From positions 73,531-137,530 of the forward strand of contig JBAYIC010000001.1 of NCBI GenBank assembly GCA_041665845.1: a stretch of 64,000 nt of DNA, read 5' to 3'. The first letter of the stretch is position 1. Each line of letters begins with the position of its first letter. This DNA comes from Patescibacteria group bacterium. Its GTDB lineage: Bacteria > Patescibacteriota > Patescibacteriia > Patescibacteriales > UBA12465. The notes beneath the pieces were generated by a model that saw only the letters and a list, made by a program, of their open reading frames with translations, made no database searches and was not told the DNA's origin. Positions 9,089-18,990 of this stretch are shown one piece after another. The position numbers and the translations under genes were made by a program.

Positions 9089-10129
9089 TTAGTCATAACT
9101 TGTAGGTAAAACTACTTTTTCTAGGAGTTCTTTATTACTCAAAAGCAAACCGGTACCCCGAGCAACGCAAGTTAAAGGATCATCGACTATTTTAACCGGA
9201 ATTTTAGAAGCAGCGGAAATCGCCTTATCAAGTCCGCGCAGCAATGCGCCACCACCAGATAAATAAAGCCCTCTCTCATAAATATCAGAAACTAGTTCTG
9301 GTGGAGTCGTTTCTAAAATAGTTTTAATCGTTTCAATAATTTTACCCACCGTACGGCCGATTGCTTCTCTTATCTGTTTATCATTTATCATGATTGCTTT
9401 TGGTAAACCAGTTAAAAGATCACGTCCGCGAACCTCCATTTCTTTTGGTTCTTCCAAAGGAACGGCCGAGCCGATTCCAATTTTAATACTCTCCGCTAAT
9501 TGCTCGCCAATTAAAATATTAAATTCCTCACGAATATATTCAATGATATTACTATCAAATTCGTTCCCCGCCGCTTTTAAAGATTTCCAAGTTACTACTC
9601 CACCTAAAGAAATAACAGCAATTTCGGTAGTCCCGCCGCCAATATCAACAATCATGGTCGCCGTTGCATCGACAACCGGTAGCCTCGCACCAATAGCCGC
9701 GGCCATCGCTTCTTCAATTAAATAAACTTTACGCGCTCCGGCTGATTTAGCCGCATCTTCAACCGCCTTTTTTTCTACTTCAGTCAAATCAAGCGGTATT
9801 CCGATTACGACTCGCGGTCTGGAAATTAAAGCAAAATTATCATTATGGACCTTACTAATAAAATACTTGAGCATTTTTTCTGTTACTTCAAAATCTGAAA
9901 TCACACCATCAACTAAGGGCTTGATAGCTTCAATATGGCCAGGAGTTTTACCAACCATTTTTTTAGCTGCCTCGCCAACTTCTAGAATTTCATTAGTTCT
10001 CTTATTAATAGCAACAACGCTCGGTTCATTAATCACCAAGCCCTTACTGCTAAGATAAACCAAGGTATTTCTAGTACCTAGATCTATACCTAAATCATGA
10101 CTAAATCTTCCTAAAAATTTATTGAACAT
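9089..10129 (-). CDS. mreB: rod shape-determining protein MreB
   Basis: 346 aa; LGIDLGTRNTLVY, VDIGGGTTEIAV and LSGGGALLRGLD are canonical MreB motifs. Confidence 0.92.
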   Translation of the reverse strand: MFNKFLGRFSHDLGIDLGTRNTLVYLSSKGLVINEPSVVAINKRTNEILEVGEAAKKMVGKTPGHIEAIKPLVDGVISDFEVTEKMLKYFISKVHNDNFALISRPRVVIGIPLDLTEVEKKAVEDAAKSAGARKVYLIEEAMAAAIGARLPVVDATATMIVDIGGGTTEIAVISLGGVVTWKSLKAAGNEFDSNIIEYIREEFNILIGEQLAESIKIGIGSAVPLEEPKEMEVRGRDLLTGLPKAIMINDKQIREAIGRTVGKIIETIKTILETTPPELVSDIYERGLYLSGGGALLRGLDKAISAASKIPVKIVDDPLTCVARGTGLLLSNKELLEKVVLPTSYD

Positions 10130-10158
10130 AAAAACTAATTTTTATTGGTATTTTAAGT

Positions 10159-11385
10159 TTAACTCAATTTACTAACAATAGTTTCAGGAGTAATAATTTC
10201 ACTATCTTTTTCGCTTCTCTTTTTCAATTCAAATCCACCAGCTTGAATCGATTTTTTACTTATCACTAAACGATACGGGCAGCCAATTAAATCGGCATCA
10301 GCAAATTTCTCTCCAGCCGATAAATCTCTATCATCATATAAAACCTCTATCTTAGCGCTTAATAAATCTTGATAAACTTTAGTCGCTGTTTCATTTTCAT
10401 TAAGAGATAAAAGATGAACCTTGAAAGGAGCAACAGATTCTGGCCAAATAATACCTTTTTCATCATGGCAAACTTCAACAATAGCCGCCATCGATCTGCT
10501 GAGGCCTAATCCATAACAACCCATGATAACCGTTTTCTTTTCACCATTTTTATCTTGATATTTTAAATCGAATGGTTCTGAATATTTAGTTCCAAGTTTA
10601 AAGATGTTTCCCGCTTCAGTTGCCTTTTCTTCTCTTAAATCTTTACGACCGCATTTTGGGCAAGTATCTTGGTCAGCAATGATTTCTTTATTAACAGCCA
10701 TCTTACAATCATCACAAACATAAATAATATCTTCTCCTGCTTCAATTAGCGTTTGAAATTCATGAGAATATTTAGCAAAACTTCCGCCGGAAGCGTAAGT
10801 AAGGTAGGTTCTATCTCCTAAACCAAAACGATAAAAAATATTATTGTAAGCAACAATTGCTTTTTCATAATAATCATCTAAATCCGTCTGATCAGCATGA
10901 AAAGAATATAAATCTTTCATTAAAAATTCGCGACCGCGTAGTAAACCAGACTTAGCTCTCTTTTCATTACGGAATTTATTTTGAATTTGAAAAACCGCCA
11001 TCGGTAATTCACGGTAGGAATTAATAAATTTTTTAGCGAGCGGAGTAACTACTTCTTCATGAGTAGGATTAAGGGCATATTCTTTTTCGTCAGAACCTGA
11101 TGTTTTAAATAAAACATCGAGCGTATCCCAACGACCAGTGGCTTGCCAATTTTCACGTGGCGCTAAAGAAGGCATATTAATTTCTTGCCCGCCGATAGCG
11201 ACCATCTCCTCACAAATAATCTCTTTAATTTTATTAATAACTTTCCACCCAAGCGGCAAGAAGGAATAAACGCCGGCGGCTGATTTATCAACAAATCCAG
11301 CTCTAATTAGAGCTTGGGCGTTATAGCTAGCTTCATCCTTAGGAAGCTCCTTAACGGTTCTAGTGAAAAGTTGAGATTGTTTCAT
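10159..11385 (-). CDS. proS: prolyl-tRNA synthetase, bacterial-type but lacking the INS editing domain
   Basis: 408 aa. The N-terminus MKQSQLFTRTVKELP..AGFVDKSAAGVYSFLPLG, motif 2 FRNEKRAKSGLLRGREFLMKDLYSFH and motif 3 MGCYGLGLSRSMAAIVE all match. A CxxC...CxxC segment (CDDCKMAV...CPKCG) sits where INS normally is. Confidence 0.85.
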   Translation of the reverse strand: MKQSQLFTRTVKELPKDEASYNAQALIRAGFVDKSAAGVYSFLPLGWKVINKIKEIICEEMVAIGGQEINMPSLAPRENWQATGRWDTLDVLFKTSGSDEKEYALNPTHEEVVTPLAKKFINSYRELPMAVFQIQNKFRNEKRAKSGLLRGREFLMKDLYSFHADQTDLDDYYEKAIVAYNNIFYRFGLGDRTYLTYASGGSFAKYSHEFQTLIEAGEDIIYVCDDCKMAVNKEIIADQDTCPKCGRKDLREEKATEAGNIFKLGTKYSEPFDLKYQDKNGEKKTVIMGCYGLGLSRSMAAIVEVCHDEKGIIWPESVAPFKVHLLSLNENETATKVYQDLLSAKIEVLYDDRDLSAGEKFADADLIGCPYRLVISKKSIQAGGFELKKRSEKDSEIITPETIVSKLS

Positions 11386-11429
11386 ATATTTATTACTATC
11401 CTATCCAAAAAATGACTGCTTGTAAAGCT

Positions 11430-12008
11430 TCATTTTTGCATGATTTTTAAGGCTTGTTTAACTCTTTCGCCCGTATCTTTCAAAGACGAATCAACGGTCG
11501 ATAAAGCGGCTCTCGCTTCGCTCAGTGAATAGCCAAGAGATATCAGTGCATCCAACTCATCAGAAGATGCTAAAGATGAACCAGCTCTAATATCAGCTAC
11601 CGACGATATTTTTATAATCTTTGTTTTCAGTTCTAAAACTAAACGCTCAGCGGTCTTTTTTCCAATTCCCGAAACTTTAGTCAATAAATCAGCATCGCCC
11701 CTGATAATTGATTCTTTAATATCGCTCGCTGAAGCAATTGCTAAAACTCCTAAAGCTGATTTTGGTCCAACACCAGAAACGCTAATTAATAATTCAAAAA
11801 GATCTAACTCATCTAAACTTTTAAAGCCATAGAGATCGGACGCCTCTTCCCTTACGTGATGGTGAGTAAATACTTCCAACGACGCACCAATAATAATTTC
11901 ATTTAAAAAACTTTCACCGGCAAAAATAGCATAACCAACATCACGAACATCAAGAATAAAATAATTTAACGATTTAGCAATTGTTGTTCCGCGTAAATAT
12001 GAAATCAT
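11430..12008 (-). CDS. ruvA: Holliday junction branch-migration complex subunit RuvA
   Basis: 192 aa; MISYLRGT start and two helix-hairpin-helix motifs (VSGVGPKSALGVL, VSGIGKKTAERLVLELK). Confidence 0.9.
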   Translation of the reverse strand: MISYLRGTTIAKSLNYFILDVRDVGYAIFAGESFLNEIIIGASLEVFTHHHVREEASDLYGFKSLDELDLFELLISVSGVGPKSALGVLAIASASDIKESIIRGDADLLTKVSGIGKKTAERLVLELKTKIIKISSVADIRAGSSLASSDELDALISLGYSLSEARAALSTVDSSLKDTGERVKQALKIMQK

Positions 12009-12028
12009 AATTATTTATTATTGCTAAT

Positions 12029-13336
12029 TTAATCAATTAGTTTTCTTCTTAAAACGGCAAATTCCGGTAATTGTATTTTTCCTTCAAGTTCAATAAAACA
12101 TTTTTGCCCACCGCCACCGCCATGTGCCTCTTGAATTTCTTTGCCCGTGCTTGAGTCAAAAAGTTTTTCTAGTCTTAATTTAATTATATCATAACTCCTG
12201 CCAATAATCTCAATCTCATCTTCTACTTTAATAGTATTATGAACTTGAAAAAATAGACGAATCTTATTACTTTGCATTTCTGTTTTTAAAACTTGGCCAC
12301 AAAACTCCCAAGCGCTTTTATTATGCGAATTAGAAACATTTTGTTCCGCCTTGTCTCCCAATAAAAATCCCGAAGTATAACCCCGGTGAACTAATTTTGT
12401 TTCTAATTCTTGATATAAATAAGCTAATTCTTTTTGCAATTGCACGGTTGGAGTTTTGGCGATAATTAAATTAAGGGCCCGACGATAAGCGCCACAAACT
12501 GTTGCCTGATAATAAACGCTCTTGGCGCGACCCTCAATTTTGAAACTAGTAATTCCGGCCTTAATAAGTTCGACTAAATTTTTTATTAAACATAAATCTT
12601 TAGAGTTTAATAAATAAGCGCCATGTTGTTCTTCAACTAGCTCCAGTTCTTCTTCATGGCCGTTTGCTTTAAGAGTATAACGATTAACATCATATTGCCA
12701 ACGACAAGGCTGAGCACAATCGCCCAAGTTACCGCTACGATTAACAAATAATTTCGAAAGAAAACATCTCCCTGAATAAGCCATGCACATCGCTCCATGA
12801 ATAAAATATTCTAATTCAACTTTAGGTAGAGCACGATGTATTTCCTTAATTTCTTTTAGAGTTACCTCTCTCCCCAAAACAATTCGCGCTACTCCTTGCT
12901 TTGACCAAAATCTGGCCGCTTCTAAATTAGTACAATTAGCTTGAGTTGAGAGATGAATTTCGGCACCCGGCCAATTATTTTTTACTAAACTTAAAATTCC
13001 CGGATCGGAAACAATAATAGCATCAACGTTAAGCACTTTTATTTTTTTTAAATAAACAGCAAAACTTTTTAAATGGATATTATGCGCGAAAATATTAGCC
13101 GTTACATAAACTTTTTTCTCGTGCTCGTGAGCATATTTAACAGCCTCCCTTATCCCCTTAAGGTCAAATTCATTAATTCTTACACGTAAAGAAAAATCTG
13201 GAATACCTAAATAAACCGCATCGGCGCCATAAGCAAAAGCCGTTTTCATTTTTAGAGTATTTCCGGCCGGAGCTAGAAGTTCCAAAACTGATTTTTTTAT
13301 TTTTTGAGATTTTGCTTTTACTACAGGTTTCTTCAT
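12029..13336 (-). CDS. peptidase U32 family protein
   Basis: 435 aa; the U32 signature region EYFIHGAMCMAYSGRCFLS and the N-terminal LELLAPAGN...GADAVYLG. Confidence 0.8.
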   Translation of the reverse strand: MKKPVVKAKSQKIKKSVLELLAPAGNTLKMKTAFAYGADAVYLGIPDFSLRVRINEFDLKGIREAVKYAHEHEKKVYVTANIFAHNIHLKSFAVYLKKIKVLNVDAIIVSDPGILSLVKNNWPGAEIHLSTQANCTNLEAARFWSKQGVARIVLGREVTLKEIKEIHRALPKVELEYFIHGAMCMAYSGRCFLSKLFVNRSGNLGDCAQPCRWQYDVNRYTLKANGHEEELELVEEQHGAYLLNSKDLCLIKNLVELIKAGITSFKIEGRAKSVYYQATVCGAYRRALNLIIAKTPTVQLQKELAYLYQELETKLVHRGYTSGFLLGDKAEQNVSNSHNKSAWEFCGQVLKTEMQSNKIRLFFQVHNTIKVEDEIEIIGRSYDIIKLRLEKLFDSSTGKEIQEAHGGGGGQKCFIELEGKIQLPEFAVLRRKLID

Positions 13337-13338
13337 AT

Positions 13339-14286
13339 TTAAGATCTTTTTACTCTCATAAGACCGCTTACAGTAATAACTTCGATTCCCTTCTTTTCAA
13401 TTTCATCTAACAATAAATTCATACCTAAAGAATCTGAGGCCATATGTCCAGCAATAACAACATTAATATGATATTTTTCCGCTTCTTTACGATGCTCTTC
13501 CGACATATGCATTCCAATTACTGTTCCAATTCCATATTGAGACATCTTTTCATAAATATCTTTAGAGCCAGAAGTTCCGCCGGTAAATTCCGTAACTACA
13601 ATTTTTCCGCAAGAATTATCCTCACTCCCGGAAAAAATCATTGGACCGGCTTTTTTCTTTTTAGCCATTACGTATTCAGGGATAGTCTCTAGTAAATCTA
13701 TAATATCACTAACTGTTTCTAATTCTTTCTCTTTCTTTTTAAATAAATCAACCAAAAAATTAGCGCCTAAATTATCCGCCGGAGTGTGGATGCACATGAA
13801 ATTAGTATCAAGAATCTTAGCGGCATCAACCGCTCTATCATGGTTAATTGGAGAAATACCGCGATGAACTTCACTAATTCGTGATTTGATTACTGATTCA
13901 GAAATATTAATTGGGACGCCATAATTAGCTAAGACCTGGGCCTGAAGCTTCATTACATCGGATAAATCAGCTAGCGCTATGCCTTCGGGATGATGAGCTA
14001 AAACTAAATCAATATCACCAAGTTGACGAGCTAATAATAATTCTGGAGTCTCCATGTCGATTCCAACCATGATTTTTTTTACTTCTCGCTCGTTATCAAA
14101 TAGAACACGAGCATCAGAATAAGGATTGGATAATTTTTCTAAATCAAAATTTTCCTTTTCTTTATCAGACGAGGCTTCATATTTTTTATTGATACGAGCT
14201 AAATATTTTTTTACCTCGTCCTTCCCTCTTAAATCAGAATCAATCCCCAACTGAATAGCGAGTTGATATATTTCTTTTACCTTCAT
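13339..14286 (-). CDS. NIF3/DUF34-like dinuclear-metal protein (tentative)
   Basis: 315 aa; spaced His/Asp motifs LVLAHHPEG, CIHTPADN and IAGHMASDSLG resemble NIF3-family metal ligands. This is motif-level evidence only. Confidence 0.45.
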   Translation of the reverse strand: MKVKEIYQLAIQLGIDSDLRGKDEVKKYLARINKKYEASSDKEKENFDLEKLSNPYSDARVLFDNEREVKKIMVGIDMETPELLLARQLGDIDLVLAHHPEGIALADLSDVMKLQAQVLANYGVPINISESVIKSRISEVHRGISPINHDRAVDAAKILDTNFMCIHTPADNLGANFLVDLFKKKEKELETVSDIIDLLETIPEYVMAKKKKAGPMIFSGSEDNSCGKIVVTEFTGGTSGSKDIYEKMSQYGIGTVIGMHMSEEHRKEAEKYHINVVIAGHMASDSLGMNLLLDEIEKKGIEVITVSGLMRVKRS

Positions 14287-14306
14287 AGTTATATAGTTAT
14301 AAATAA

Positions 14307-15059
14307 TTATCCCTGCTTTTTACCAAAGCCCTCGAAAGCTTTCAAAATTTCAACCGGGGTCATAAAGACGACCGTATTTGATTGATCAGATGAAATATCA
14401 TTAATAGCTTGTAGAGTTCTAAGATGCAAGGCGCCATTAGAAGCGGCTAAAATCGAAGCGGCTTGAGCAATATTGGAAGCGGCCGCAAGCTCACCTTCAG
14501 AATTAATAATGACCGCTCTCTTTTCGCGCTCAGCCTCAGCTTGTTTAGCGATCGTTCTTTCCATTGATTCCGGAAGAGAAACATCTTTTAGCTCAACATT
14601 ATTTACTTTAATTCCCCATTCATCTGTTTCTTTATCAACAATTTCTTTAATTCGATCGGCAATTTCGTCGCGCTTACTAAGAAGTTCGTCTAAAGTTACC
14701 GAACCAACTATATTACGCATTGTTGTTTGCGCGTATTGTGAAATCGCATAGAAAAAATTCTCAACTTCAATCACCGCTTTTTCCGCAAAAGCAACTTTAT
14801 AATAAATAACAGCGTTAACGGTAACGGAAACATTATCGCGAGTAATTGCTTTTTGATCTGGAACATCAACCGCTTTAACACGAATATCAACTTTCTTAAA
14901 AGTCTGAAAAATCGGAATAAGTAATCTCCAGCCCGGTTCCATAATTCCTGAATATTTCCCCATCGTGAAACGTACACCTCTTTCGTACTGATTAATTTGT
15001 TTTAAACTAGACAAGATTAGGATACCAACGATGATAATGATGTAGATAAATAATCCCAT
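14307..15059 (-). CDS. SPFH/band-7 (stomatin/prohibitin-like) membrane protein
   Basis: 250 aa; N-terminal TM anchor, then an SPFH core (VDIRVKAVDVPDQKAITRDNVSVTVNAVIYYKV...) and an EAEREKRA coiled segment. Confidence 0.85.
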   Translation of the reverse strand: MGLFIYIIIIVGILILSSLKQINQYERGVRFTMGKYSGIMEPGWRLLIPIFQTFKKVDIRVKAVDVPDQKAITRDNVSVTVNAVIYYKVAFAEKAVIEVENFFYAISQYAQTTMRNIVGSVTLDELLSKRDEIADRIKEIVDKETDEWGIKVNNVELKDVSLPESMERTIAKQAEAEREKRAVIINSEGELAAASNIAQAASILAASNGALHLRTLQAINDISSDQSNTVVFMTPVEILKAFEGFGKKQG

Positions 15060-15085
15060 ACATTTAATGATTAAATTAATTAATT

Positions 15086-18076
15086 TTATTTTTTTAAACT
15101 AATAATTATTTTCTCGCCATTAATATTAATTTCTTTTTGTATCTCGCTCTCAGAAACTGTTTCCGATAATTCTAAGGAATCGCTTAAAGTTTCGCGCTTT
15201 ATTTCTGCGCTCATTTTTTCAATTGTTTCTTTAATCTCTAAATTTGTACTCATTATACAAACTTGCGTCCGATCACCTAAACTTAAACCAACATCTTTAC
15301 GAAGCATATTAATGAAACGAATCAATTCTCGCTTAATGCCTTCAAGTTTCAATTCTGGAGTAATTTCTGTATCGAGCTCAAGTTCTAAATTTTCTGAACC
15401 AGCTATAAATTCTAAACTTTGGATATTAAGTTCATCTTTAATAATAACAACATATTTTTCATCTACAGAAACGCCGCCCTTAACTGTTACTTTGGAAAGC
15501 ATTTGTCTAATCTTTATTCCCGCTTCATCACGCTTGGCTAAACCAAGTTCTACTATTTTACGAGCTACTTCCATTTTTACTAAAACGTCACTAGCTTCAA
15601 GCTCGAGCTTTATCGGCCAAGCTTCTAAATGAATCGAGTTATTTTCGTTTTTAAAATCGTAACCCATTAATTTTTGCCATAAATTTTCAGAAATGAAGGG
15701 CGTAAACGGTGCCATCACTTTTGCTAATTCTAACAGTATCAACTTAGTAGTAATTAATGCGCTCTTTTTATCGCTTTCATCGTCTGACTTAAATCTATCT
15801 CGACTTCTTCTTAAATACCAAGTTGAGAATTCATCAATGAACTCAGTAATTGGACGCATCGCTTTAGGTAAATTATAAGCTGACATCGCTGCGGAAACTT
15901 CTTCTAAAAAAGCATTAAATTTATTTATAATCCATTTATCTAAAACATTTTCACTCTTTACTGCTTCAAGTTTTAAACTCTCTTCGTTTAGCCCCTGCAA
16001 AACTTCTGAATTTTCCGTCGCATATAGTTCATAAAATTTATAAACATTAAACAGCAACATGATATTTTTGCGAAGCGATTCTTCAACGCCTTTTTCCGAA
16101 AAATTTAAATTCTCGGCTTGCATAACCGGAGATGATAATAAATAGGCGCGTAAAGCATCGGAACCATACTTATCCATGACTAGTGCTGGATCAGGATAAT
16201 TTTTTAATTTTTTAGCCATCTTCTTACCATCTTCCGCTAAAACAATTCCATTAGCGATTACATTGCTAAAGGCATGTTTTTCTAAGAGACCTCCGGAAAC
16301 AACATGTAAATAATAAAACCAGGTACGAGTTTGATCAACACCCTCAGCGATAAATTGAGCCGGAAAAGTTTTTTCAAATTTGTTTTTATTTTCAAAGGGA
16401 TAATGAAGTTGCGCATAAGGCATAGAGCCTGATTCAAACCAACAATCAATTACATCAGAGATGCGCTTCATGACTCCGCCACATTTTTCACAAGGGATAG
16501 TAATTGGATCAACTTTATCTTTATGAATATCAGTAATATTTTTTACGCCAGATAATTGTTCTAATTCTGAAACACTACCTATCATTTTTTGATAGCCGCA
16601 AGAACATTCCCAAATTGGAATAGCGCTCGCCCAGAAACGTTGGCGAGAAATTGACCAATCACGCGCTCCTTCTAACCAATTTCCAAAACGGCCATCTTTT
16701 AAATAATCCGGGGACCAATTTATTTCTTTAGCACTTTCTAATAATTGAGTTTTAATTTTTGTGACATTAATAAACCAAGAAGAAGTCGCATAATTAATTA
16801 ACGGAGTATCACAACGCCAACAATGCGGATAACTATGCTCATATTTTTCTTTATGAAATAACGTCCCGTGACCGGCTAAATATTTTATAATTTCAATATC
16901 AGTTGCCATGTGGTCTTCAGCCGGTTTAACATGCAAACCTTGGAAATCAGTTACTTCCGACTTAAACATTCCGTCCATACCAACGTGTTGAATAAATGGT
17001 AAATTATTAGCTTTACCGAGATTCATATCATCTTCACCAAATGCCGGAGCGATATGGACTACACCAACGCCGTCAGTAGTAGTAACAAAATCAGCCGCAT
17101 AAACTTTCCAGCCATTCTCACGATTCTCTAATTTTTCATCGCTCGCGTAATAATTGAAGAGTGGTTCATATTCTAAACCAACTAAATCAAAACCCTTGAT
17201 ATCATTATGAACTATTTCTATTTCTTTATCTTTCAAAACATCTTTAATGCGGTCACTAGCTAGAATTAAGAGTTCCGGAACATCCTTAATTCTTAAGGCT
17301 GTATAAGTAATATCCTTACCAACCGCTAAAGCGGCATTACCAATTAAAGTCCAGGGGGTAGTTGTCCATGCTAAAATATAAGCCGACTCTTTAGTTTCAT
17401 ATTTACCGGCTCCCCATTTTTGACCGGGTTTCAAATGAAATTTAGCAATCACGCTCAAATCTTTTATATCCTTATAACCCTCACTAACTTCCGATTGCGA
17501 TAAAGTAGTTTCGCAACGTGGACAAATATGCATCGAGCGATGAGCTTTATAAATTAACTCTTTATCCCAAAGCTGCTTAAGCTCCCACCAAATAGTTTCC
17601 ATGTAATTTAAATCCATGGTGCGATAAGAATTTTCCATATCAGCCCAACGACCCAAACGATTAATTACCGTTTTCCATTCATCAATATAAGTTGAAACGC
17701 GAGCACGGCATAAATCATTAAATTTAGCGACGCCTAATTTTTCAATTTCTTTTTTTGTTTTGGTTCCCAATTCTTTTTCAACAATATTTTCAATCGGCAA
17801 ACCATGACAATCCCAACCCCATTTTCGTTCAACGCGATAGCCATTCATCGTTTGATAACGAGGAATGACATCTTTCATAATGCTACCGACTAAATGGCCA
17901 TAATGTGGAGTTCCGGTCGCAAATGGCGGTCCGTCATAAAAAACATAATCACCCTTAGGCGCTTCTTTGGTAATTGATTTTTCAAAAATATTAGATTGAT
18001 TCCAAAAAGATAAAGCCTCTTCCTCCATCAGGACGAAGGCGCTTTTTGGTTTTTCGTTTTCAGATTGTTTATTCAT
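15086..18076 (-). CDS. ileS: isoleucyl-tRNA synthetase (type 2-like)
   Basis: 996 aa; HIGH-type motif PHYGHLVG, KMSKS-type KKMAKKLKNY, a CP1 editing insertion and zinc-knuckle cysteines. Confidence 0.92.
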   Translation of the reverse strand: MNKQSENEKPKSAFVLMEEEALSFWNQSNIFEKSITKEAPKGDYVFYDGPPFATGTPHYGHLVGSIMKDVIPRYQTMNGYRVERKWGWDCHGLPIENIVEKELGTKTKKEIEKLGVAKFNDLCRARVSTYIDEWKTVINRLGRWADMENSYRTMDLNYMETIWWELKQLWDKELIYKAHRSMHICPRCETTLSQSEVSEGYKDIKDLSVIAKFHLKPGQKWGAGKYETKESAYILAWTTTPWTLIGNAALAVGKDITYTALRIKDVPELLILASDRIKDVLKDKEIEIVHNDIKGFDLVGLEYEPLFNYYASDEKLENRENGWKVYAADFVTTTDGVGVVHIAPAFGEDDMNLGKANNLPFIQHVGMDGMFKSEVTDFQGLHVKPAEDHMATDIEIIKYLAGHGTLFHKEKYEHSYPHCWRCDTPLINYATSSWFINVTKIKTQLLESAKEINWSPDYLKDGRFGNWLEGARDWSISRQRFWASAIPIWECSCGYQKMIGSVSELEQLSGVKNITDIHKDKVDPITIPCEKCGGVMKRISDVIDCWFESGSMPYAQLHYPFENKNKFEKTFPAQFIAEGVDQTRTWFYYLHVVSGGLLEKHAFSNVIANGIVLAEDGKKMAKKLKNYPDPALVMDKYGSDALRAYLLSSPVMQAENLNFSEKGVEESLRKNIMLLFNVYKFYELYATENSEVLQGLNEESLKLEAVKSENVLDKWIINKFNAFLEEVSAAMSAYNLPKAMRPITEFIDEFSTWYLRRSRDRFKSDDESDKKSALITTKLILLELAKVMAPFTPFISENLWQKLMGYDFKNENNSIHLEAWPIKLELEASDVLVKMEVARKIVELGLAKRDEAGIKIRQMLSKVTVKGGVSVDEKYVVIIKDELNIQSLEFIAGSENLELELDTEITPELKLEGIKRELIRFINMLRKDVGLSLGDRTQVCIMSTNLEIKETIEKMSAEIKRETLSDSLELSETVSESEIQKEININGEKIIISLKK

Positions 18077-18083
18077 ATAATAT

Positions 18084-18563
18084 TTAAAATTTATTTACTT
18101 CTTCTAATTTTTGCGAGATTATCTTTCCAGCGCTGCTTGGATTTGAGGGATGCTCAAAAATGAATTCTCCTTTAAACTTTTTTCGCCTTAAAAACAAAGG
18201 AAACCATAAAATATCATCAGCCCACATCTTATCAAACGGAATATCTTTTTCATCAAACCATTGCGGTTTCATTTCTTCCGTCTCTATCGGTTCGCCGGAA
18301 AAATTATCTATTCTAAAAATATGAACTTGCAGATCATCAGTCTCATCTTCAAACTTAAAATTTAATATACCAATTTTTTCACAATCATCAGCCACTATCC
18401 CCGCTTCCTCGAATAATTCTCTTTTAGTCGTTTCTTCAATTGTTTCTCCAACATCTTGTTTTCCTCCAAATCCGTTCCATCTACCCGCTCCAAATCCGCG
18501 TTTCTTAAAGCCAAGGAGAACTTTATTATTTTTACAAATTATCGCTAGACTTAATTCTTTCAT
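18084..18563 (-). CDS. Nudix hydrolase (MutT/MTH1-like)
   Basis: 159 aa; complete Nudix box GGKQDVGETIEETTKRELFEEAGI. Confidence 0.85.
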   Translation of the reverse strand: MKELSLAIICKNNKVLLGFKKRGFGAGRWNGFGGKQDVGETIEETTKRELFEEAGIVADDCEKIGILNFKFEDETDDLQVHIFRIDNFSGEPIETEEMKPQWFDEKDIPFDKMWADDILWFPLFLRRKKFKGEFIFEHPSNPSSAGKIISQKLEEVNKF

Positions 18564-18567
18564 AGCT

Positions 18568-18957
18568 CTATAAAAATTTAATCAATTCTTCTGGTGTTTT
18601 TATAATTCCGCTAAATAGTACTGGACGACAATTTTCTTTATCGTCCCCAGACTGAGCATAAATAGGTTTATCAAGAGCAGCTGCATATCCTATTTCCATA
18701 GTTGTGCTAACGCCAGAATATCCATCTTTATTATAAATATAAATTACATCAGCTTTTCTTATCTTATAAAAATGATCATGAGTTAATCCCAGCGCAACAA
18801 ATTTTTTATCAGAATCTTTTATATCATCCCAAATTCCGCCAGAAGCGCGATAAAGATGCGGTTCAAAAACAACTACGCCTAGTTCTTTAAGCGAACTCGC
18901 AAATTCTCTCATTTCTGGAGCGAAGCTTGAACTTCCGCAAATTACGACTGATTTCAT
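18568..18957 (-). CDS. nucleoside 2-deoxyribosyltransferase-like protein (tentative)
   Basis: 129 aa flavodoxin-like pattern: MKSVVICGSSSF..., ADVIYIYN...GVSTTMEIGYAAALDKPIY. It resembles the Nuc_deoxyrib_tr superfamily at motif level only. Confidence 0.45.
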   Translation of the reverse strand: MKSVVICGSSSFAPEMREFASSLKELGVVVFEPHLYRASGGIWDDIKDSDKKFVALGLTHDHFYKIRKADVIYIYNKDGYSGVSTTMEIGYAAALDKPIYAQSGDDKENCRPVLFSGIIKTPEELIKFL

Positions 18958-18990
18958 ATTTTTATTTTTATACTTAAACTTTTAATTTAA

